From assembly GCF_032191835.1 (NCBI RefSeq), contig NC_083223.1, forward strand, positions 143,282,001 through 143,346,000: 64,000 nt of DNA, in the 5' to 3' direction. The notes under the pieces are model-generated. The model worked only from the letters and a program-made list of their open reading frames with translations. It had not been told where the DNA came from and made no database searches. The position numbers were made by a program, and so were the translations under genes. Position 1 is the stretch's first letter. Each line of letters starts with the position of its first letter. Origin of the DNA: Heteronotia binoei. Lineage: Eukaryota. Below are positions 13,301-22,401 of the stretch, one piece after another.

Positions 13301-13970
13301 AATAAAAATTCAGTTCATTATTGATCTGGTCCTTAAGGTCTTGTCTGTTCAAGAACATTGTATTAAATGACCAGGATTTATCAAAAAAGCCTTCCTCCCC
13401 CCAGTCCAAGAATGGTCTGTAAATAACTTAGGACCTATATCAGCAGACTTCAATCCTGGTAAAAGACCTTGAGAAACTAAAAGAAAATCAATACATGTGT
13501 GCACATTGTGACGGGCTGGATAATAAGAATATTCTTTTGCTCTTGGATACAAGTATTTCCAGGATTCAAAAAGATGTTTTTCTAAAAGATGTCTAAATTT
13601 ATCTGAGGCTCTTATTAAGGGGCCCCTATACTTTCTAGAGCTAGTTGTGTCTAGCATAGGATCTAAAACTAAGTTAAAATTTCCTCCAAAGGTTAATTCT
13701 CCTTCTTCAGGGGGGGCCAACAGTAGCTCTCCAGATGTTTTTTGCCTACAATTCCCATCAGCCGCAGCCAGCATGGCCAATGGCTGGGGCTGATGGGAGT
13801 TGTAGGCAAAAACATCTGGAGAGCTACTGTTGGCCACCCCCGCCCCTTCTTGAAAAATTTGCAACTTTTCTAGTGTAGATTCTAAAAGTCAACTTGAGCT
13901 AAATTGGGTACATAAATGGTGGCTAAAGTTAGTTTTTCCCCATAAATGTGTCCTTTTAAAAATAAATAAC
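10308..13970 (-). pseudogene. ORF2: Degraded ORF2 of the old L1 (C-terminal EN, RT, CCHC)
   Basis: GFIPNRNLTDNIRR, SLDMAKAFD, GTRQGCPLSPLLF, SLYADD and CWRSCKQEGNTLHMWWEC, with many stops and frameshifts. Confidence 0.92.
13708..13842. mobile_element. Palindromic hAT MITE inserted in the old L1 EN region
   Basis: caggggggccaacagtagctctccagatg...catctggagagctactgttggccacccc. TSD (t/c)ccttctt (7/8 match). Confidence 0.85.
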
Positions 13971-14097
13971 GGGGGGCGTGGCGTCGCACGCATAGGGAAT
14001 GGACGCCTGAAAACAGAGCTCCTTACTTACCCCTGCCAAATCCACTTAAGCAAGCGCCCAGCGTTGTTGTTTGTTTTCTTTTCTTTCTTTAATTAGT

Positions 14098-15093
14098 ATG
14101 GGAACAGTAGATGGTCAAAAATCCAGATCAAAAAGAAATTCAAGGAACTCTGTTAAAGACTATTTTCCAAAAAAGCCCAAGGCTAAGGCCTCAGGAAAAG
14201 CAAGCAGCCCTGCAAGCAAGATGGCGTCGGAAGGAGGGGAAAACACAGCAGCAGACCTAGCTTCATTTCGTTCTGAGGTAATGGAGGCTTTTCAAAAACT
14301 GGAACAAAATATGACTGACAAAATATCTGCCATGATCCAGCCCCTTTCTGCTCAATTGGAGGGTTTCAAAACGTCCTTAGAGAAGGTGGCAGAGACGGCA
14401 GATTCTGCTTTTAACATGGCAAGTGCTGTGCAGGAGGACTCTCAGTATTTTTATAAAAGAGATGAATGGGCCACTGATAAAATTATTGCACTTGAGAACC
14501 AACTGAAATTGGGGAATGTTAAAATTCGTGGGCTCCCCGAGAATTCTGCCTCCCCCTCTGATTTAAAAACTCTTATAGTCTCCTGGTTATCGAAGGCATT
14601 GGGTTTTTCTGACTCTGATCTCTGTGCCCTGGAAACAGTATATAGAATTGGCCCATTGCGCAGACAGAAAACTTCGTTGCCTAGGGACATTTTAGTCCGT
14701 TTCTCTTCTGCCTCAGTGAAATCCAAGTTGCTGCAAAAAGCCCGGGCTATAAATCCTCTTCTGCTAGGAGATTACAACGTCCAAATTCTACAGGATTTGT
14801 CTTCTGAAACCTTGCAAAGGCGGAAAAATTTGAAGCCAATTATAGAAATCCTGAACAGGGAAAACATCAGATATCGATGGGTTGCTTCGTACAAGCTGCA
14901 AGTTACAGTGCAGGATCAGTCATTTGTAGCTGCAGATCTCGACTCAGGCCTATGCATGCTCCGCGATATGAATCTTCCTGTTCCCACCGGCCTTCTGGAA
15001 GCAGCCTCACATGTTCATTCAATAACTTCAGATACTAGATGGCGTCGTGTGCCTTTGAACCGTCCTGATCGGCCTGTTTCTTCTAGAAGCTAA
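14098..15093 (+). CDS. ORF1: L1 ORF1p (coiled coil, RRM, CTD), 331 aa from the first ATG
   Basis: Open frame; heptad-rich region; NVKIRGLPE, VYRIG, PRDILVRF; QDLSSETLQRRK...IRYRW. Confidence 0.93.
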   Translation: MGTVDGQKSRSKRNSRNSVKDYFPKKPKAKASGKASSPASKMASEGGENTAADLASFRSEVMEAFQKLEQNMTDKISAMIQPLSAQLEGFKTSLEKVAETADSAFNMASAVQEDSQYFYKRDEWATDKIIALENQLKLGNVKIRGLPENSASPSDLKTLIVSWLSKALGFSDSDLCALETVYRIGPLRRQKTSLPRDILVRFSSASVKSKLLQKARAINPLLLGDYNVQILQDLSSETLQRRKNLKPIIEILNRENIRYRWVASYKLQVTVQDQSFVAADLDSGLCMLRDMNLPVPTGLLEAASHVHSITSDTRWRRVPLNRPDRPVSSRS

Positions 15094-16546
15094 ATGCTGG
15101 AACTGTTGCTATGCAGAAATCTCCCCCCCCCTTTTTTTTTTTTTTTTTTTGTTGAGGATTCCTGGCGTCCTTTTCCCCCTGACATATAAGCTTTGCCTAC
15201 CGAACTGCTGACTTATAAGCTTTGCCTACGTGGTGCTTATGAAGCAGTGTTTATATATGAAATTGGGGGGTTCCCCCCCCTTTTTTTTTCCCCCCTTGTT
15301 ATTTATATTTTTTTGAAAGCAATGTTATGAATGTGAGGGAGTTATTAATTTAAATCAACTCATTAAAGGAAATCTTCTTGGTTGATTGGGTATGCATGAT
15401 TGGAAGAGTGGAGTGACTTGGAATATATGGTTTAAAAAGTAAGTGGAAGTAGGTGTTTGAATGGGGAGGCTGGGTGACGAGAGAGGGTGTGGGAGTGAGT
15501 GAGAGAGAGTGAGAGGGGGGGTAGATCTGAGTGAGAAACTTGAATAGTATGATCAGGGCTTTATATCAATATACTTCTTTCTACTGTGAGTTAATGAAGT
15601 GTCAGGTCCTTTTCCCTTCCTTTGTGAATTCTTGAATGGAAATGAGTGTGTGAGACAGAGGGTTGGTAGGGAATGTATGTGTGTGTCAGTTTGTGCCGTA
15701 TGATATTATGAGGGTTTGGAAATTTGTTTCCCTTACTATCACATCTCCCTACATAGGCTTATAAGAGGCTGAAGGATAGTTGGTGGGGAGTGTTTGGGGA
15801 GATCAGTATTTAATAGTGTTCACAATTCTGTTTAAAGTTTCATTGTATTTTTATCATAGTGTCTTAAGTCTCACTATAACTTTGTGATCGAGATCCGATG
15901 CTGTTACACATGGTATATTAGTTTGCCTGTACTTATCTTTAATTCACTAATCTGAGTTGATAAAAGGCACAGATTTTATTATATGTAGCTTTCTAGGCAT
16001 TTTAGCCTTGATTCAATCAGCTTTGTGTGGCCTTTCATTATAAAACTCTCTATACATTCGGCTCTGTTATTTTGTTTATAAATTTTAATTTTGCTGGGTT
16101 GATATTGTTAAATATAAGCATTTTTGGCAGAGAGGGAGAATGGAGAACTTCGGTTTTTTTTAAATAGCTCCATTTGGTAGTTGTTGCTAGTTGTGTGGTG
16201 TCTTCAGCAAGGAAGACTTCCGCTTCAAATTTAACCTTTTAAGTAAGTAGTTGTTGTTTTCCCAAGTTTGGGTTAACAGAGTTGGAGGGTGAGTTAGTGG
16301 CTAGTGTCTGTTAATGCTAGACCACTGGTGTTGGTTATGGTTTTTTGTTTTTGTTATGGGCAGCATAACTGTATTGAATTATTATGGTTTTAGCTGGAAG
16401 TTTTTTAAAGCCTTTGATTTGAAATCTGTCCTCATACCTTTGAAATTTGATCTACAGGATTCATCTCGAGCTATCCTGGTGGCACCTGGGTTAAATGCTA
16501 TAAATTGTAATAATTTTGATAACCTTGGTTTTTTCCTCTTTCAATT

Positions 16547-19500
16547 ATGGCAGAGTGCCACTTGAAATTTCTTTCTCTAAACTGTAACGGGCTAAATAAT
16601 TTAATTAAGAAAAAACGGGTTGCCTCTGCCATCTCTCGTCAGAAACCAGATATAATTTTTTTGCAAGAAACTCACCTTAAGGGTAACCAGCCCAGGGTCT
16701 TCCAGTCCAAATTTTTTGCTCATCAATTTCAAGCTTATGGGTCTTCCAAAGCAAGAGGTGTGGCCATCCTAATAGGTAAATCAGTCCAATTCACTTTTGA
16801 AAATTCCTCAATTGACCCTAGGGGTCGGTATATTTTTATCAATGGGGTCTTTAATGGTAGCCCTTATACTCTGGCATCGGTGTATGCTCCAAATGATGGG
16901 CAAATTGCATTTATTAAAGATACGTTGTCACAACTTCAAACCTTTCATACAGGGCCCATTATCTTGGGAGGAGATCTCAACTATGTTGTTAATCCTTCTT
17001 TAGATAGATCTCAAAAAAGCCTGCTACCTATATCTGCCAATAAACGGTCTCAATCAAAAGATTTGAATGGCCAAAATGATTTAGCTCAAGTTTTTCAATC
17101 CTATAATCTGTCAGACATTTGGAGAAGCAGACATCCAAATGAAAGAGATTATACCTTTTTTTCTTCTCGTCATCAAACTTATTCCAGAATAGATTTTCTT
17201 TTAGTTTCAGATTCTATTTCTAATCTTTTTTCTAAAGTAGAAATTGGCCCAATGATTTGGTCTGATCATGCATGGTTGGAAGGGTATATGTCAGGCGTTA
17301 CTGACAGATCTTTTTCTTTTAATTGGAGATTGGATAGTAAACTTCTGTCTATGAAATCGGTTACAGATTCCATTGAAAAAGACATTAAAGAATTTTTTCA
17401 ATTCAATATGGAGTGTGGAGTACCCCAGCATATAGTTTGGGATTCTTTTAAAGCTGTAATTCGTGGCAGATTTATGGCTATTGCCTCTTCGTATAAAAAA
17501 GAAAAAGAAAAAATTAGATCTGATTTGGTTGCTAACATTACCAAATTGGAAGAGAAATTTAAAAAATTTGGTAGCAAAAAAACTTATTCAAAACTTCTTA
17601 TAGAAAGAAAAAAATTAGAATCTCTTGACGTCTCCAAGATTCAAAAACAAATGGCTTTTATAAAACAAAAATATTGGTTTCGAACTCCTCAATCTCTTAA
17701 ACTCCTATCATGGAAGGTTAAAAAGAGAGTATCCTCAATGGCTATTTCTTCCATTCGTTCTAAAACTGGTACCTTGAAACATTCCACTAAGGATATTGTA
17801 GGAGTGTTTAAAAAGTACTATTCATCTCTATATTCCTCCCAGCATCCATCAGCAGACCTTATTTCATCTTTCTTAGACACTCACTCAGTTATTAAGCCTG
17901 TCTCTCCTGAGGTTAAATCCTTTTTGGACAAACCTTTTACTGCACTTGAAATACAGGAGACTATCAAGTCTATGAAATCCAATAAGTCTCCAGGCCGAGA
18001 TGGCTTTATACCAGAATTTTATAAATTTTTTAACATTTTGTTGGCTCCCATCTTGGCAGACGCCTGTAATCAGTTTGTACAGTCTGGTTCTTTCCCTGTT
18101 ACTTGGTCACAGGCAAAAATCATACTTCTTCCAAAGAAGGACAAAGACTTACTAGACCCTAGTTCATACAGGCCGATATCGCTCCTTAATTGTGATTATA
18201 AGATTTTTACAGCAGCTCTGGTGGCTAGGCTTAATACCTTTATAGGGAACTGCATTCATCCTGACCAATCGGGCTTTATCCCACACCGTGAGTTAACGGA
18301 CAATACTAGAATGGTCCTTGATGTTATTCAATACTGCCGGAAATTTAATATTGAGTCTTCTTTTATCTTGTCTATTGATTTTGAAAAAGCCTTTGATTCC
18401 GTGGAAGTTCCTTATCTTACAACCTTACTGCAGAAAATGAACTTTGGCCCGAATTTTCTGAAGATAATCCATTCTTTATATAAATCGCCTTCTGCTATTC
18501 TTTCTATTAATAATTTGGATTCTGAAGAATTTAATCTTTTCAGAGGGACGAGGCAAGGTTGCCCATTGTCTCCTCTGCTTTTTGCGATCGCAATAGAACC
18601 TCTTGCTAATGCTATCCGTGATACCAATATTATCACTGGTATCCCTATTAGAAAGAAACAAATTAAGGTGTCTTTGTTTGCAGATGACCTAGTGCTTTTT
18701 GTTACAAAACCTAAGTCTTCTTTACCGGCTGTCTTTGATTTATTATCTGTATTTTCTTCTATATCAGGCCTTCGAGTAAACCCATCCAAAACCATTCTTT
18801 ATCCCATCACAATTTCGGATGCTCTCCAAGACTCCATCTACTCTAATTATCACTTTAAAAAAATTGATAGATATTGGACATATTTGGGGATCAATATACC
18901 TTTGAAATTGGGAGATATTTTTAAAGTTAATCATCATTTATTGATTAAGGACATTCTTACCCTGCAAAAGAATAAGAATTCTTCACTCATTCCCTGGAAT
19001 GAAAAAATTCAGATTATTAAATCTTTTATTTTCCCCAAATTTCTGTTTTTATTTCGAGCCATTCCTATTCTTATTCCTGAGGATTTATTTGTGGGTTGGC
19101 GTCGTTCGTTCTTAAGATATATTTGGAACAAGGGCTTGTCTAGAATAGGGTATGCAACTCTTATTCGTTCTAAATCCTCAGGGGGTCTGGCTCTTCCGGA
19201 TCTCCATAAATTTTATGAAGCTGCCATTTTAGGTGGTCTTATTAGATACCATGATGCTGACTTAAATTCAGGTTGGAAGGCCCTAGAAGATACCTATCTA
19301 AATAACAAATCGTTTCACTCTATATTATGGGAATTTCCGAAGAATAGACCTCCTATTATCTCCTCCAACCTTTTTCTTAAAGCTATTTTTCAGATTTGGG
19401 ACAAACGTCGCCTCTCTTTAGCCCCTCCAATATCTCCACTATCTCATTTTGTGGATGTTTCTTGGTTTCAACCGGGGTTTTTTTACAAGTCTTTTCCAAT

Positions 19501-20428
19501 TTGGAAAAAATATAACCTTTCTAGGTTTGTGGATATTTTGTCCAATGGAAAAATGCTCGACAAAAAATCTTTGGAAGAGAAAACTGGTGGGACAAAAATC
19601 CCATGGTTTGAATACTTGCAAACTAACAACTTGGTGACATCACTCTTAAAGAAATACAATTTCAATCGACCTCTTACTTTCTTTGAACACTTGCTATATT
19701 CTCCTTTTTTAAAGCGGAAGGGACTGATTTCATTTATTTATAAGGGTTTGCTAGACACTGATGCTGTTGATTTGTTATCCTATCAAGAAATTTGGCAAAG
19801 GAATAGTTCAATTAATTTTCAGGAGGATGTTTGGCAACAAATCTGGTCTTCTCCTTCGTATGTTTCAAAATCATTGAATATACAATTACAAACTCAAAAA
19901 ATTTTGTTTCGGTGGTATTTAACACCTCAGAGATTAAGCCATATGGCGATAAATCAATCCTCCAAATGTTGGAAAAATTGTGGAGAGGTGGGCACATTTA
20001 CACACTGCTGGTGGTCTTGCCCGAGGGTGCAGTCGTTTTGGGCAGTAATTGTGGCAAAAATCAAGGATATCACGGGCTATAGTTTACCCTTAAGATTGGA
20101 ACTCATTTTGCTTGACTGTTGGAAAGATATTTCTATTACTTCTCTCAATAAATCCCTGATATCCCTTTTACTAGCTGCTGCTAAAATGGTGTTAGCCCAA
20201 TTTTGGAAATCTCCCAATATTCCTCCAGTTAAAGCCTGGTATGCTAAAATCTGGGAGGTCTATGCGATGGACAAGATAGCAGATAGTTTATGCAATATAA
20301 ACAATTCAGAAAGTAACGAATCTCTGATGTACAAGTGGCTTCCATTTCTTAAATTTTCTTTTGGTCCTGTAGATCAGATGCGTACATGTATACCTGGTAG
20401 ATATTATGACATTATTAATTTGATGTAA
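16547..20428 (+). CDS. ORF2: L1 ORF2p (APE endonuclease, RT, C-terminal CCHC), 1293 aa
   Basis: Uninterrupted frame. EN motifs LQETH, GDLN, SRIDF, SDH. RT motifs IDFEKAFD, GTRQGCPLSP, LFADD. CWKNCGEVGTFTHCWWSC. Confidence 0.97.
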   Translation: MAECHLKFLSLNCNGLNNLIKKKRVASAISRQKPDIIFLQETHLKGNQPRVFQSKFFAHQFQAYGSSKARGVAILIGKSVQFTFENSSIDPRGRYIFINGVFNGSPYTLASVYAPNDGQIAFIKDTLSQLQTFHTGPIILGGDLNYVVNPSLDRSQKSLLPISANKRSQSKDLNGQNDLAQVFQSYNLSDIWRSRHPNERDYTFFSSRHQTYSRIDFLLVSDSISNLFSKVEIGPMIWSDHAWLEGYMSGVTDRSFSFNWRLDSKLLSMKSVTDSIEKDIKEFFQFNMECGVPQHIVWDSFKAVIRGRFMAIASSYKKEKEKIRSDLVANITKLEEKFKKFGSKKTYSKLLIERKKLESLDVSKIQKQMAFIKQKYWFRTPQSLKLLSWKVKKRVSSMAISSIRSKTGTLKHSTKDIVGVFKKYYSSLYSSQHPSADLISSFLDTHSVIKPVSPEVKSFLDKPFTALEIQETIKSMKSNKSPGRDGFIPEFYKFFNILLAPILADACNQFVQSGSFPVTWSQAKIILLPKKDKDLLDPSSYRPISLLNCDYKIFTAALVARLNTFIGNCIHPDQSGFIPHRELTDNTRMVLDVIQYCRKFNIESSFILSIDFEKAFDSVEVPYLTTLLQKMNFGPNFLKIIHSLYKSPSAILSINNLDSEEFNLFRGTRQGCPLSPLLFAIAIEPLANAIRDTNIITGIPIRKKQIKVSLFADDLVLFVTKPKSSLPAVFDLLSVFSSISGLRVNPSKTILYPITISDALQDSIYSNYHFKKIDRYWTYLGINIPLKLGDIFKVNHHLLIKDILTLQKNKNSSLIPWNEKIQIIKSFIFPKFLFLFRAIPILIPEDLFVGWRRSFLRYIWNKGLSRIGYATLIRSKSSGGLALPDLHKFYEAAILGGLIRYHDADLNSGWKALEDTYLNNKSFHSILWEFPKNRPPIISSNLFLKAIFQIWDKRRLSLAPPISPLSHFVDVSWFQPGFFYKSFPIWKKYNLSRFVDILSNGKMLDKKSLEEKTGGTKIPWFEYLQTNNLVTSLLKKYNFNRPLTFFEHLLYSPFLKRKGLISFIYKGLLDTDAVDLLSYQEIWQRNSSINFQEDVWQQIWSSPSYVSKSLNIQLQTQKILFRWYLTPQRLSHMAINQSSKCWKNCGEVGTFTHCWWSCPRVQSFWAVIVAKIKDITGYSLPLRLELILLDCWKDISITSLNKSLISLLLAAAKMVLAQFWKSPNIPPVKAWYAKIWEVYAMDKIADSLCNINNSESNESLMYKWLPFLKFSFGPVDQMRTCIPGRYYDIINLM

Positions 20429-20625
20429 TTAATATATGGACAGAGTATTTATTTTTTAATTCAGCTGCCAATTTTGTATGTGTGTGTGAATGTATGTATG
20501 TGTTGTTTTGTTTGTATTTTGTATATATATATATATTTTGTGTTCTGCTGGTATGCTATGCTTATACACAAAGAATGATTGCAGATACAGTCATTGATTG
20601 CTTTATTTGTATGTTTATTAAATTC

Positions 20626-20658
20626 AATAAAAAAGTTTTTGGGAAAAAAAAAAAAAAA
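20626..20658 (+). terminator. L1 polyadenylation signal and poly(A) tail
   Basis: aataaa at 20626-20631 and an A run at 20644-20658. Confidence 0.85.
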
Positions 20659-20951
20659 TAACGCCCTCTTTGATCCATCTCTTCAGCTTCAATGACAAAT
20701 GGGACGTTCTTTGACAATAAAATGGCAACCCCCCTTGACTTTGAGGAGCCAGGGGCTATTCTTTGAATACGGTAAAATGGAGATTTAAAAAGCCAGGGTT
20801 TTGTTTTTTTCAAGTGAGTCTCCTGCACAAAGACTATATCTGAATGTTCCCTTTTCAATAGAGAAAGAAATCTGGATTATTTAATGATATTATTTAATCC
20901 TCAAATATTGACTGAAGTTATATGCAGGGAAGGTACCTTTGTACCTGACAT
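20656..20951 (-). pseudogene. ORF2: N-terminal EN segment of the old L1 ORF2
   Basis: ATG at 20951: MSGTKVPSLHITSVNI*GLNN...DIVFVQETH...GSSKSRGVAIL...DQRGRY. Confidence 0.9.
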
Positions 20952-21029
20952 GGGATTAGAAACGGGTATAGTTGATTCTTGCAAATTATTTTGGAACCCT
21001 GCTAAATTTTGAACGAATGTTTTTAATTG

Positions 21030-22401
21030 TCAGTTTTCTTTCTCTATTAATTCTAATTGCCCATCTGAATCTATAAACACACACCCATTATTAAGTGGGA
21101 CTGTTTGAGCTGGAACCAAAACATTAACAAAAGAATTAATAGTTGGATTTTGTGCCAAAGGATCATATGTTTCAAGTTCAAAATCTTCAAGGTGGTGACT
21201 ACGAATTTCATCCATGCCATCCACTGTTTTGCTGGGGTACTGAATAAAGTCGTATTCTTTTGGTGGCAAAAGCTTGCTTTCCACCAAAGCAGCTTCATAG
21301 GGTTTGATTGAAGCTGAAGATGATGACTCTAAGGTGGGTGGGAGTGGCGCCACCTCCATATTGACCTCCATTGGTGGAAAAGTCTGAGGCGAGGATACAA
21401 GACCACAGTCCTTAATTCCTAAAAGTTTGGCTCTCAGTTGCTCTAGTCTATTGGTAATTTCTTCTTGCTCCAATAATGGTAAAGCTGTAAAAGAGTTGAT
21501 TAAGTTCTTCTCCAGAGTAATATCCAGGAGGGGGCGTTCCTTATCTTCCAAAGATGCCGGAGTATCAGCCCAGCTAATTAGATCCTGATGGGAACAACTA
21601 GATGAAATATCCTTAGAAGGTTTGATTGTAACTGGAAGGAGTGGAGCTCGTACTAAGTTGGTAAAAACTTGTATTGGAAAAATTCCTTTGGAGTTTAAAA
21701 ATCTTTTCTGTCTGAGGAGTAATGATGGAATGAATGGACAATCAAAAGTTAATAGTAGTTTACATGCCTGATAAGAGTTGCTGAGGCATTCTACTGACTT
21801 CAGGTCCAAGGAGTTGATTTACTGAACAGAGTTCTTAGATGTCAAGCAGCCTTGGATTTTGTGTTCCAAGAAGGGATGTGCCCATTATAAGGGCAGATGT
21901 TTAAACAAATCTCGTGGGGCTGCAGAACTAACTGATATAAGTTCTCAGCCGTTCCCATTTGAGATGAAAAAGAGGCTTTCTCGTTGGTACTTTTCCTGAA
22001 GGGGAGTTAGAGGGTTGCCATGTAGCTGGCTTCTTAGTGGATCTTGTCTCTGCAGCTGAATTAAATGATCAAGCTTTGAGCCCACTGAGTTTAATTGTTC
22101 AAAAATATCGACCATAGTTCTAGCAGTCAATAATGAAAGCTCTTTCAGTATGTCACAGGAAATACTATCAATTTTTTTATTTGCCTGTGGAGGAGAGCCT
22201 GAATCCCCATTTTGATTGTCTTGCAAATTATTATGTTGTAAATCCTCAGATATGGAAGTTAAAGCTGCATACCGATTTGAAGTGGGTACATTGTATGAGT
22301 GATTGTTAACAGGGGCAAAGTAATCACCAATCTTACTTTGTTTTGGGGGCTGGGGGAGAAGTAAAATCTTCAGGCTCCCGAAAATGTTTGCATGCTCCCA
22401 T
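21030..22401 (-). pseudogene. Atypical ORF1-position protein of the old L1 (about 456 aa reconstructed)
   Basis: ATG at 22401, one frameshift near 22341, then one frame with stops at 21945, 21885 and 21819, ending at 21030, 78 nt before the ORF2 ATG. Confidence 0.7.

Larger units (their letters stand above)
13971..20658 (+). mobile_element. Young full-length L1 with both ORFs open
   Basis: G-rich, CpG-rich 5' end; ORF1; spacer; ORF2; aataaa; poly(A). TSD aaataac(g) at 13964-13971 and 20656-20663. The old L1 EN reads DQRGRY|LFLKGHIYG across the junction. Confidence 0.97.

Noticed and set aside
13349-13864. 171-aa minus ORF as a novel protein
   Set aside because: It is old-L1 EN sequence read through the inserted MITE.
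14451-14726. Antisense ORF inside L1 ORF1 (ORF0-like?)
   Set aside because: Short, lies within the coding region rather than the 5' UTR, and is expected by chance opposite an open frame.
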